Positions 1-9,282 of a stretch of 39,521 nt of DNA are shown piece by piece; position 1 is the stretch's first letter; each line of letters starts with the position of its first letter. The translations under genes were made by a program, and so were the position numbers. The stretch lies in the sequence record SRR22947725_415; one strand, given 5' to 3'. The notes below the pieces were generated by a model. It did not search any database, had not been told where the DNA came from, and was given only the letters and a program-made list of their open reading frames with translations.

Positions 1-533
1 TTGGGAAAAGCTCTTTTTAGTGTCCAATATGATTCGCCTTCACTCTTCAAAAGAAATAAGTAGTTGCTATGAGTTAAAGTTGCCGAAAACTCTTGCTCTG
101 GAGTTATTCCAAATTCCTTAAAAAGGACTAATTTTTCTTTTAGTGCTGGGCTCAATCCCTTAAATAACGGATGAAAGCTGGCCGCATAAAAATTAGTCGT
201 GGATTGATCTATAGATTTCACTATATTAACAAACTGTAGCTCAATTGAAGTAATCGACTTCTCCTTATAGACATCCGATATTTCCTTTAATGTCTCAGGA
301 CAGTTGATACCACATCCGGGGTATCCAAAATAAAGAAGCACATAAGCCTTTTGGCTCTGTAAAGGAAGTTCTAAGACCTTACCACTGCTCATTTCTAAAT
401 AGGGCAGACCCAATAAGAGAATAAACGGGCAAAAAAAGACTATGGAGCCACAAAGTATTCTATATTTAAATTTGTGGCTTTCACTGATATGATTTACCTG
501 ATAGTCTATTTTCTTTTTAAAGAACTGGCTCAT
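1..533 (-). CDS. SCO (Sco1/SenC) family copper-binding protein, 3' end runs off the window
   Basis: Not in the ORF track. Translated by hand from ATG at 533: MSQFFKKK...ILCGSIVFFCPFILLLGLPYL (TM)...VLLYFGYPGCGINCPETL (CxxxCP)...LTHSNYLFLL (conserved His). Open to position 1. Confidence 0.85.
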   Translation of the reverse strand, partial: MSQFFKKKIDYQVNHISESHKFKYRILCGSIVFFCPFILLLGLPYLEMSSGKVLELPLQSQKAYVLLYFGYPGCGINCPETLKEISDVYKEKSITSIELQFVNIVKSIDQSTTNFYAASFHPLFKGLSPALKEKLVLFKEFGITPEQEFSATLTHSNYLFLLKSEGESYWTLKRAFP

Positions 534-556
534 GCCTTATGCCTTATGCCTTATGC
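532..556. repeat. Tandem heptamer (ATGCCTT)x3.5 at the start codon/RBS of the SCO gene
   Basis: atgcctt atgcctt atgcctt atgc, read directly at 532-556. Confidence 0.85.
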
Positions 557-706
557 ATTACTAATCATCACTTAATAAGAAGTCAGTCTTTACGACAGTT
601 TATTCTTATTTATTCAATTCACTAAAGATAAGGGAAAAAACATCGCAATAAGCGAGCCATCGTTCAAGGTTTATAAATACGATTGAGAGTAACAAGCAAT
701 TTTAAT

Positions 707-1399
707 TCAACTGAGATCAATTTCAGTAAAGCCTACTTTCGCTTCTTTGACAAAATTCGCTATCATCTGTAAATCTTTACGGCCATCTACTCCTTCAACA
801 CCAGTATGAGCATCAACTCCCGCAGGCTTCACCGTCAAAATCGCCTCTCTTACATTATCGGCATTGAGCCCTCCTGCGAGGATCACCGGCTTAGGAGAAA
901 TCTTGACAAAATGACGGCTAATCGACCAATCATGGGTCTTACCTGTCGCTCCTGAAGCGCCTGTCTGAGGGTCATACGTATCGGTAATAAATGCATCTAC
1001 ATAAGGGCTTAATTTATCTACCATTTCGTGTAGCTTTGCTTGAGTAGACTCGCCGATAACTAGGCTTTTAAAGATTAGCATAGTCGGTTTCAACTGCTTT
1101 AGTTTCTTTAATTCAACAACTGTTATATCACCGTGTAACTGAATATTATAACAGTTGAGTTCTTGGCAAAAATCAATAATTTCAGAAGCCCTATTTAGGT
1201 AGGTAATAATCACAGCCTTATGAGGCTTGCGAATCGTGGTGATGATCTCTGCTGCCTCGCTTTCGGAATGGTCTTCTTTATTAACAGGTAGGCGCAATGG
1301 AAAGCCGAGGTACTCTACTCCGGACTTCATCAGCATCGCTGCTTCTTGGCTATCTATAACACCGGCAATCTGAATAATATTTTTCACCTTAAACCTCAT
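707..1399 (-). CDS. trpF: Phosphoribosylanthranilate isomerase-like (TrpF family) TIM-barrel protein
   Basis: Motifs IQLHG, FITDT, GATGKTHDW, VILAGGL..NV, P.GVD..TGVE, GRKD. The true start is probably ATG 1399 or GTG 1387, because the track start (1429) lies inside a terminator hairpin. N-terminus reads QIAG instead of KICG. Confidence 0.8.
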   Translation of the reverse strand: MRFKVKNIIQIAGVIDSQEAAMLMKSGVEYLGFPLRLPVNKEDHSESEAAEIITTIRKPHKAVIITYLNRASEIIDFCQELNCYNIQLHGDITVVELKKLKQLKPTMLIFKSLVIGESTQAKLHEMVDKLSPYVDAFITDTYDPQTGASGATGKTHDWSISRHFVKISPKPVILAGGLNADNVREAILTVKPAGVDAHTGVEGVDGRKDLQMIANFVKEAKVGFTEIDLS

Positions 1400-1406
1400 T
1401 CCTAAA

Positions 1407-1444
1407 CAAAAAAAGACCCCGGAGGTCAACTCTCCGGGGTCTTT
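1407..1444 (-). terminator. Intrinsic terminator of the 500-aa lipoprotein gene
   Basis: AAAGACCCCGGAG-7nt-CTCCGGGGTCTTT 13-bp hairpin, followed by a T-tract on the minus strand. Confidence 0.85.
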
Positions 1445-1462
1445 ATTAAAACCTTAAATTAA

Positions 1463-2965
1463 CTAAGCAGACTCACCCCATGGGATAAAGAGAAAATGGC
1501 CGCCTTTCTTGCCATTTCTATTGTGAGTTTCAAAAACTCTCCAAAGAAATGAAAAGCCTGAGTCTTTTTCACCACTATCCCAAGTAATAAAAGGGAAAAT
1601 ATCTCTTCTTGTAGTGGTGGCTGTTTTTTCAGACGAATACAAAAACATATTCACTTTTGAAGTTTCTTCATTTTCTGAGAAATCAATCAAGCCCGTCATG
1701 TTAAATAAAGCAGGAAAACGGAAACGACTAGAGTTTTCTTTTTTCTCCCAACCGGCGAGGAATCCTAGGACACTACCACGACTCTTCTTTTCATTACCTT
1801 CATTGTAATAAAGGGCTCCGAAAAGTGAACTCGTTTCAAAACTATTCTCATTCGTCGTACTACTCACCAAAGGAATTAACCAAGGAAATTGCCAACTACC
1901 TTCTGAAACCTCCCCTTCTTCATCAAACTTTTTGGATGAATTAAATAAAGGAACAATGTGCATGCCGGACTCTCTCTTACTCTTATGAGTATAACTTAAA
2001 GGCGTTAATAAAAAGGATGAGTTCTTATCAGAAGCAGTCAAGTATAAGGGGAAAAGCATACTTCCTTTACTATTTTTATCTTTACCGCCAAAGTAAGGGA
2101 AGATATACAGAAGCTCATTATCGCCTTTTTTAGAATTGTAGTACAAAGGGAAGAGAGTTTGGTAACTGCTATCTTTATCGTGACCTGACCACCAAAAGGG
2201 CGTTACATTCATATCAACTTCATCGCCATTTTTAGAATAACCGCCTAAAAGAGAGTGAACACTCGTTTCCCCCTTAGAATTTCGATCGTAATAATAAAAG
2301 GGTAAAAGAGTACTGTAAGAAGAGCCATTACTGTCTTCTCCTGAATAATACAAAGGCAAGACAGTTGAACGGGTCGAGCCATTATCTGTGGTGGAATAGT
2401 AAGGAAAAATATAATGCGTATTATCGCCATCATTCTGATCTTGCCAGTAGGCCAACATGCCAAATAAGGCTTTATGAGTTGTGCTATCACTCGTCTTATC
2501 CCAACCGTAAATCCCAGCTGCCCAACCACCGGTATCGTTCATGTGATAGAGAGGAAAAAGCCCTTTTTCGCCATCAAAATTGTAATAGTTTAGGAATTGA
2601 AAGTCATCGTCATCTTTATAAAAAAGAGGGAAGAGAGCTCGACGCTGCGGATTCCAAAAGTATGGGCCTATCCAACCATCGCCTGCGACTGGATTCCAGG
2701 CCGATAATGGGAAGAGAACGGCATACTCATCATCTTCTTTATTGTAAAAAGGTCTAAATGAAAAGCCATGTTCATCCTTATCAATTAATGGCCAAAAAAC
2801 ACTCGATGACTCCCCACTTTCGTAGTACAAAGGAAATAAATTCGTCCTTTCTGCTTTTTTCTCGGACGATTGTGATTTCTCAGCAAAAAAACGACTTAAT
2901 CTGCGACTTGATGCACACGATGTGAACAAGAAAATTAAGATTAACATTGATGTTGCTTTACGCAT
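1463..2965 (-). CDS. Hypothetical lipoprotein built of recurring (L/F)FP(L/F)(Y/F) aromatic repeats
   Basis: Lipobox LFTSC after a short signal peptide; many FPLY/LPFY/WPL-type motifs spaced about 15-20 aa apart. Confidence 0.75.
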   Translation of the reverse strand: MRKATSMLILIFLFTSCASSRRLSRFFAEKSQSSEKKAERTNLFPLYYESGESSSVFWPLIDKDEHGFSFRPFYNKEDDEYAVLFPLSAWNPVAGDGWIGPYFWNPQRRALFPLFYKDDDDFQFLNYYNFDGEKGLFPLYHMNDTGGWAAGIYGWDKTSDSTTHKALFGMLAYWQDQNDGDNTHYIFPYYSTTDNGSTRSTVLPLYYSGEDSNGSSYSTLLPFYYYDRNSKGETSVHSLLGGYSKNGDEVDMNVTPFWWSGHDKDSSYQTLFPLYYNSKKGDNELLYIFPYFGGKDKNSKGSMLFPLYLTASDKNSSFLLTPLSYTHKSKRESGMHIVPLFNSSKKFDEEGEVSEGSWQFPWLIPLVSSTTNENSFETSSLFGALYYNEGNEKKSRGSVLGFLAGWEKKENSSRFRFPALFNMTGLIDFSENEETSKVNMFLYSSEKTATTTRRDIFPFITWDSGEKDSGFSFLWRVFETHNRNGKKGGHFLFIPWGESA

Positions 2966-3026
2966 GGTATAACCCCTTAGTTGTTAGCGTTAAGGTTATT
3001 ATAGATCACTTCTAACAATAGTTTAT

Positions 3027-3041
3027 ATTGATATTATCAAT
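3027..3041. promoter_or_regulatory. Perfect 7-1-7 palindrome ATTGATA-T-TATCAAT, candidate operator in a divergent promoter region
   Basis: Seen directly. The sequence is AT-rich, so it could be chance. Confidence 0.3.
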
Positions 3042-3197
3042 GCAGCGCATCACTATTAAATATACATAAAGTATTCATAGTTAAATGATTGCTATATAGA
3101 GAGGCTCTGACCTTACAAAGCCGCTGACTATTTATAATTTATTAAACAAACAGTTCCTGCTATTGTTAACTATCATCAACAAAAGAGGCTTATAAAA

Positions 3198-3452
3198 ATG
3201 TTTTTTAACAAATTCCTTTACTGGGTCATCAATATTATCCTCAGTGCAACTGCCGGTGTATGTTCAACACTTTATTTTGCTGTAGAGCACAGCACCAACC
3301 AACGAAAATACCGACCTTCTCTTATAGATAGAGATTATTCCTCAAGTGAATTTTTGATCTATTTTTTAATCGGTGCAATTCCGACATTTATACTTCTATG
3401 CAAAGGGTACAAAGGCTATATTCAGATGCTTAAGCGAGATAAAGAAAACTAA
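3198..3452 (+). CDS. Small two-TM membrane protein, hypothetical
   Basis: 84-aa ORF with GAGG RBS upstream and two hydrophobic segments. Confidence 0.7.
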   Translation: MFFNKFLYWVINIILSATAGVCSTLYFAVEHSTNQRKYRPSLIDRDYSSSEFLIYFLIGAIPTFILLCKGYKGYIQMLKRDKEN

Positions 3453-3658
3453 GAGACACCATGTTCATAATCGAAATTAAGCCCCCTTCGACTACCTAAG
3501 ACTGCCTTTCTTCTATCGAGTTCTTCCTCTCACAAAAGCACTTTCTGTATAAATTTTTACATTTTTTCCTAAAAGCCGGTCACAAAACTTTCATAACCCG
3601 CATGTAGAGGGTGATGAGTAAAATGTAAATAATGTTTAGAATGGTGTGTAGTTAAAGT

Positions 3659-4261
3659 ATGACCGCAAAAATTAACAGTGAGAAATTCATGGATATTCAC
3701 AGCCAGGTAGAAGTCGACGAAGCCGTCGATCGAGTACGCCAGGGCGATGAAAACGCCTTCTCCACCATTATTCAAGCTTATCATGTTCAAATCAGAGCTC
3801 TTATAGGTGCGCAGATAGCCGATAAACACAATGCCGATGATATCGCCCAGCAAATTTTCGTTTTCGCTTTTCAAAATCTCGAGGATTACCAAGTCGGCAG
3901 TAACTTTCTAGCTTGGCTTCGAGCGATCGCCCGCAACAAAGTCTTGACCCATATTCGTAAATGCAGTCAATCAAATAAAAAATTACAGTCTTTTCGCAAA
4001 CAAAATATCTACACCTTGAGTAGCGAATTTTTTGACGAAGGAATGGTTGAAAGGCGCCTCGAAGCCCTCGGCGATTGTATTGAAAATCTCCCTCATGAGA
4101 AAAAGGATTTCCTCAATAAAGTCAATAACCGGAATTCTACTTTGGCTGAACTCGCAGAAGCACTGGGCCGCAGTAGCACCGCAGTCCGTAAACAAGCCAG
4201 TCGAGTTTACTCTATACTGCGTGAGTGCATCACCAAAAAAATGAGAAGAGTCGTTCACTAA
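3659..4261 (+). CDS. ECF-type sigma-70 factor
   Basis: Region 2 (ADDIAQQIF..AF...F.AWL..IARN) and region 4 HTH (LAELAEALGRS..AVRKQASR...LRECI). Confidence 0.92.
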   Translation: MTAKINSEKFMDIHSQVEVDEAVDRVRQGDENAFSTIIQAYHVQIRALIGAQIADKHNADDIAQQIFVFAFQNLEDYQVGSNFLAWLRAIARNKVLTHIRKCSQSNKKLQSFRKQNIYTLSSEFFDEGMVERRLEALGDCIENLPHEKKDFLNKVNNRNSTLAELAEALGRSSTAVRKQASRVYSILRECITKKMRRVVH

Positions 4262-5184
4262 TGGCACAGGAATTAACCCAAGAAAAACTCGAGAGCTTTA
4301 TTCAGGCCTGTATTAGTGAACAGGACGTCCCTGAAAATGACCTGCTGACCCTTGAAGAAATCATGAGCACGCAAAGTCAAAAAGCCAAAGAAGTCGCTTT
4401 GCGGCTACTAGATGAAAGTATGATTCGCAGCTGGTTCCGCAGTCAAGCGGACGCTTCTTTTATCAGTGAAGTTCAACGACGACTCAACCTGCGCTTTCAA
4501 GATCAAGACTTTATCCAGGCTGTCATGCACCGCGTCAAAGAGAATATCGACGCCAAGGAAGGCGATCCAGGAGCTACACTTCACAAAGATGCCGTCCGTT
4601 CCGTTTCTATGCTGCGTTACATTCTAGTTCCCCTATGTGCTGCCCTTCTTTACATCTCTTTAGTCCATCACGAAACAATCGCGAATTTCTTTTCAGATTC
4701 AGAGAGCACTCTGATGACAGTCCAAGACTTCAATGGCCAACCAACTATTATATCCTCGGGAAAAAGTAAAGGCACTATTCTCAAACAAATCATTCGACCG
4801 GGCGATACTCTGAATACCGAAAAAAATGAAACCCTAAAACTAAGCTATCCCGATGACTCCCTTCTCGAAGTACATCAAAGTTCTAGCCTTGTTGTCGTTG
4901 ATAACAACTCTCAAAAAACGCTACAGATGCTGCGTGGCACTATAAAGGTTATGACCAAGGATCAAACTAAACCCTTTAGCCTTAAGAACTCTTATGGAGA
5001 ACTTCTGATCAGTAGAGGGGCCTTACTCATGCACCTTTCTGAAGATTCTATAACTATAAAAATTTTAACTGGTAGTGCGTCATTTATCCATCCAGGAACT
5101 GATAGCAATATAAAGATAAGGCCGGGACAAACTGCTGAAGTTGATAGCTCCGGCATAACAATTTTAGAAAAAAATCAAAATTAA
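4261..5184 (+). CDS. FecR-like anti-sigma factor (N-terminal cytoplasmic domain, TM, FecR beta domain)
   Basis: ATG 4261 overlaps the sigma stop (TAATG); TM YILVPLCAALLYISLV; FecR-like PGDTL.T...L.YPD.S.L...SSL...L.RG. Confidence 0.8.
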   Translation: MAQELTQEKLESFIQACISEQDVPENDLLTLEEIMSTQSQKAKEVALRLLDESMIRSWFRSQADASFISEVQRRLNLRFQDQDFIQAVMHRVKENIDAKEGDPGATLHKDAVRSVSMLRYILVPLCAALLYISLVHHETIANFFSDSESTLMTVQDFNGQPTIISSGKSKGTILKQIIRPGDTLNTEKNETLKLSYPDDSLLEVHQSSSLVVVDNNSQKTLQMLRGTIKVMTKDQTKPFSLKNSYGELLISRGALLMHLSEDSITIKILTGSASFIHPGTDSNIKIRPGQTAEVDSSGITILEKNQN

Positions 5185-5199
5185 TAACGAGGTGTGTAA

Positions 5200-6222
5200 A
5201 TGGATAATGAACCTACCATTGATCAAATAGAGCAAGTCAAAAAGCTACAGAAAGCCTACGATGCCATGACCACCGAAGTCGGTAAATTTATCGTTGGTCA
5301 GGAAGATGTAATCGAACAAATTATGATCGCCATCCTTGCCAAAGGTCACTGCCTTCTTGAAGGTGTCCCCGGACTGGCAAAAACTGCTATGGTTAGTAGC
5401 CTCTCAAAAGTTATGAACCTCTCATTTCGCCGCATTCAATTTACACCTGACCTTATGCCTTCGGACATCACTGGTACTGAAATTATCCAAGAAGACCCGC
5501 AAACAGGAAAGCGAAACCTCGTTTTCCAAGAAGGCCCTATCTTCTCCCAAATGATTTTAGCCGATGAGATAAACCGTACTCCTCCTAAAACACAGGCTTC
5601 ACTGCTAGAAGCCATGCAAGAACACTCGGTAACAATTGGTTCCCATACCCATATCTTAGAAGAACCCTTTTTTGTTCTCGCCACTCAAAACCCGATTGAA
5701 CAAGAAGGCACTTACCCTCTACCAGAAGCTCAGCGTGACCGTTTCATGTTCCTCGTCAAAGTTAAATACCCTACTCGTGAAGAGGAAAAAGAAATAATTG
5801 CCAGAACAACCGGAAATTTCAAAACAAACTTAGAATCAGTCGTTTCTGGTGACGACATCATCGAATTTCAAAAAATTGTTCGAGATGTTCCAGTTCCAGA
5901 CCACGTTGTCGATTTTGTCCTCGACCTTGTTCGCGCCTGCCGCCCCGATGAAGCTGAAGCTCTGCCTGTTACCAAAGAACTCATCGATTGGGGACCCGGC
6001 CCACGTGCTTGCCAAACAATTATTTTGACGGCGAAAGTTCGAGCTCTTCTAAAAGGAAGATTCCACATCACTATAGACGATGTTGAAGCACTGGCACACC
6101 CCATTTTGCGCCACCGCTTAGTACCAACATTCAATGCGGAAGCCGAAGGGATTTCTGTCGATCAAATTATTGAAAAAATCATCGAGGCCGTTCCTCGTCA
6201 AAACCATAAATCGATAATTTAA
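5200..6222 (+). CDS. moxR: MoxR family AAA+ ATPase
   Basis: Walker [22 protein letters not shown], Walker [31 protein letters not shown]. Confidence 0.97.
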   Translation: MDNEPTIDQIEQVKKLQKAYDAMTTEVGKFIVGQEDVIEQIMIAILAKGHCLLEGVPGLAKTAMVSSLSKVMNLSFRRIQFTPDLMPSDITGTEIIQEDPQTGKRNLVFQEGPIFSQMILADEINRTPPKTQASLLEAMQEHSVTIGSHTHILEEPFFVLATQNPIEQEGTYPLPEAQRDRFMFLVKVKYPTREEEKEIIARTTGNFKTNLESVVSGDDIIEFQKIVRDVPVPDHVVDFVLDLVRACRPDEAEALPVTKELIDWGPGPRACQTIILTAKVRALLKGRFHITIDDVEALAHPILRHRLVPTFNAEAEGISVDQIIEKIIEAVPRQNHKSII

Positions 6223-6229
6223 GAGCACC

Positions 6230-7120
6230 ATGGCCGATATTTCGACATTTTTAACAGCGAAAGACGTCCAAGCTGTCTCCAACCTGCAAATTCTTGCTCG
6301 GCAGGTTGTCGAAGGTTTCTGTACTGGTCTTCACCGATCGCCTCACAAAGGCTATAGTGTAGAATTCAGGCAGCATCGCCAATATGTTCACGGCGATGAG
6401 ATACGCCACCTTGACTGGAAAGTCTACGGAAAAAGTGATCGCTTTTACATTCGCGAATATGAAGAAGAGACTAACCTTCGTGCGACATTACTGGTCGATG
6501 CTAGTGGCTCTATGGAGTACGGCAGCGAAGGCATCAGCAAACTCTTCTATGCCACACGTTTAGCGGCCTGTCTTTCTCATCTCATGTTGCAGCAAGCCGA
6601 TGGCGTTGGCTTAGTCACTTTTGATAAAAAAATTCGCGAATTTATCCCGGCTCGTTCAACGGCAAAACATCTAAAAATATGCTTCGATGCACTGGAACGC
6701 ACCAAAGCCGGGGGCGAAACAGAACTGAGCAAAGTATTCAAAGCCATGGTTCCAAAACTTCAACGTCGGGGTCTTCTTATTATTCTTTCAGACTGCTTTG
6801 CCGATGTCCCTTCACTGCTCAAGTCATTAGCCCACTTTCGCCATGCCCACCACGAGATCATTATCTTTCAAATCTGGGACCGAGCAGAATTAGACTTTCC
6901 TTTTGACCGCTGGACCCGTTTTGAATCCATGGAGAATGATGCTTTTCACCTCATAGATCCTGCTCATGTAAAAAAGAATTATATGAAGAAACTCGATGAT
7001 TTTCGCGACCAGCTGACCAAAGGCTGCCACCGCCATAAAGTCGATCTCGTACCCGTTGTCACAGATGAACCTTTTGCCGAAGCCTTAGCAAAGTACCTAA
7101 CACTGCGGAGTAAACGGTGA
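6230..7120 (+). CDS. DUF58 (vWA-like) MoxR partner protein
   Basis: [36 protein letters not shown]. Confidence 0.95.
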   Translation: MADISTFLTAKDVQAVSNLQILARQVVEGFCTGLHRSPHKGYSVEFRQHRQYVHGDEIRHLDWKVYGKSDRFYIREYEEETNLRATLLVDASGSMEYGSEGISKLFYATRLAACLSHLMLQQADGVGLVTFDKKIREFIPARSTAKHLKICFDALERTKAGGETELSKVFKAMVPKLQRRGLLIILSDCFADVPSLLKSLAHFRHAHHEIIIFQIWDRAELDFPFDRWTRFESMENDAFHLIDPAHVKKNYMKKLDDFRDQLTKGCHRHKVDLVPVVTDEPFAEALAKYLTLRSKR

Positions 7121-9282
7121 ATTACCTCAACCCACTCCTCCTTGGTGGTCTTCTTGCTGCCTCAATTCCATTTCTGATTTATATGTTTAACCGCAGCCAA
7201 TATAAAGTTCATAAATGGGGAGCTATGCACCTCCTTGATGCTGCTATGACAACCAACCGTAAGAAAATTAAACTGGAGCAGCTCCTCCTCCTACTCCTGC
7301 GTTGTTGTATTCCCTTATTTCTCGCATTGTGTATGGCCCGGCCTGTTATAACCGGCATGAAAAACCTGATTAAGAATGCCAAAAGCTCCATGGTCGTCTT
7401 AGTCGATAACAGCTACTCAATGGAAAGTGGCGATAGCGTTCAAAATAGTTTTCAAAAAGCAACTGAAGAAACCTCGAAAGTTATCGATAGTCTTCCTCGT
7501 GGCAGTCAAGTCGCTGTTCTTGGCATGGCTGGTCCCATAGCCAAAGAAGAAGTCTCGGGCTATAATCTTTCACAATCGCGGCGAGTTATTCGCGACGCTG
7601 AAGGTGGCTTTGGCAGTGCGTCCCCCGCTGAAAGTCTTGAATCGGCGGCAAGTCTTTTTGCTGAAAATATGCATCACGCCGACCGTCAGCTCATTATCGT
7701 CAGTGATTTTCAAAAAAGCAGTTGGCCCGATAAAGAAGCTGAAGCTCGAAAGCGCTCTTTTGAACTCATAAACTCTTCAAATGTGAAGCCCCGTTTAGTC
7801 CTAATGGATGTCGGCCAAAAAGCACAAGCAAACGTTGCGGTAGAATCAATCGAACTTTCGCAGTCTGTAATCGGCGTTGGTCAGAAAGTAAAAATTCGGG
7901 CAAATATCAAAAACTACAGCAAAGAAAGCTTCTCGGATTTAAGAGTCTATTTTCTCGCCGATGGCGAAAGTAAAGGCGTCAGTCAGACCAATATCGGCGC
8001 CGGAGAATCAACACAGGTTTTGTTTACACATAGCTTCGATCAACCTGGATCACACATCATCGAAATATCCATCGATGCCGACTCACTCAAAGCCGATAAC
8101 TCCTGTTCTCTCAGTGTTCCAGTTCTCGATAAACTACCGGTTATGCTCGTAGATGGCGATCCCGATAACAGACCCTTGAAAAGTGAAACCTCCTTCCTCA
8201 ATTTCGCACTACAGCCTTTTGCTGCTACCAGTTCTGAATTAAAAGATATGACCGTACCCACAACTGTTGAGCTTGCAAATTTCAAAGCTGAAATGGCTGT
8301 AGAGTCACGTGTGATGATCTTGGCAAACATTAACAAACTTGACAACTCTCAGCTGCAAGCAATCACAGACTTTGTTGATAACGGCGGCGGTTTAATGATC
8401 TTCCCTGGCGATAAAATTGACTACAATTGGTATAATGACAAACTCTTGCAAAATGGCCGCGGACTTCTGCCATTGAAACTTGGGAAAATTAACTCCAGAG
8501 CTGAAGATGAAGAACCGGCATCTATTGTCTCTCAACATTATAATCACCCTGCCTTAGAACTGTTTAACGACCCTCGAAATGGCAGCCTGAGTGGTGCCAG
8601 TATAAAATTCTGGTATGAGCTCGAAAGCATTCAAGGAGGCGCCGCTAAAAACGATACCGTAAAAACTCTTGCCAAGTTGGACAATGGCGACGCTTTTCTG
8701 GTCGAAAAAAAGTTTGGCCACGGACGAGTCATTCTTTGCAGTCTACCTGCAGATGCAGATTGGAGTAATATACCCATGAGGCCTTTCTACCTTCCACTGA
8801 TGCAGCAGTTAACCACTTACCTCGCTTCTACAGTCTACCCCCCGAGGAATTTAGAGATTGGTCAAAACCTAGCGGCAATACTACCTTTAGAAGATGCCGG
8901 AAAAATGGCGACTCTAACCGACCCTGTTGGAAATATTCATGACATTCCTGTCGTTGCTAAAGGCAGTAAAGCTGTTGTCGAATTTGAAGACCCGCAATTC
9001 CCCGGCATATACATCCTCCAAACGACAAATGACGAAACTATTCACTATGTCGTAAAAACTGAACGGTCGGAGTCAAATCTCGATCGCATGTCGGACCAAG
9101 AAATTCAAGCTTTAGCTCGAGAAATGGATGCTGCTTTAGTCAAGAACTACGACCAATACCGAGAAACCGATCAAAGCCGGCGGTACGGCCAGGAAATATG
9201 GATGGGGCTTCTTTGGCTTGTACTCATAGCCGCATTTGGAGAACTATTTCTAATTCAATACTTTACGGAAAAAAGAGCATGA
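7117..9282 (+). CDS. BatA-type double-TM/vWA domain membrane protein with Ig-like and GATase-like regions
   Basis: GTG start overlaps the upstream stop; N-terminal NPLLL..L....IP..I..F and LLLLRC...[31 protein letters not shown]-terminal TM. Confidence 0.9.
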   Translation: MNYLNPLLLGGLLAASIPFLIYMFNRSQYKVHKWGAMHLLDAAMTTNRKKIKLEQLLLLLLRCCIPLFLALCMARPVITGMKNLIKNAKSSMVVLVDNSYSMESGDSVQNSFQKATEETSKVIDSLPRGSQVAVLGMAGPIAKEEVSGYNLSQSRRVIRDAEGGFGSASPAESLESAASLFAENMHHADRQLIIVSDFQKSSWPDKEAEARKRSFELINSSNVKPRLVLMDVGQKAQANVAVESIELSQSVIGVGQKVKIRANIKNYSKESFSDLRVYFLADGESKGVSQTNIGAGESTQVLFTHSFDQPGSHIIEISIDADSLKADNSCSLSVPVLDKLPVMLVDGDPDNRPLKSETSFLNFALQPFAATSSELKDMTVPTTVELANFKAEMAVESRVMILANINKLDNSQLQAITDFVDNGGGLMIFPGDKIDYNWYNDKLLQNGRGLLPLKLGKINSRAEDEEPASIVSQHYNHPALELFNDPRNGSLSGASIKFWYELESIQGGAAKNDTVKTLAKLDNGDAFLVEKKFGHGRVILCSLPADADWSNIPMRPFYLPLMQQLTTYLASTVYPPRNLEIGQNLAAILPLEDAGKMATLTDPVGNIHDIPVVAKGSKAVVEFEDPQFPGIYILQTTNDETIHYVVKTERSESNLDRMSDQEIQALAREMDAALVKNYDQYRETDQSRRYGQEIWMGLLWLVLIAAFGELFLIQYFTEKRA

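Noticed and set aside
4225-4260. Extended N-termini given by the ORF track (4225, 9198, 1429, 28894, 32559, 34599, 37531)
   Set aside because: Downstream starts with an RBS or stop/start overlap fit better, and some track starts lie within terminators or upstream genes.
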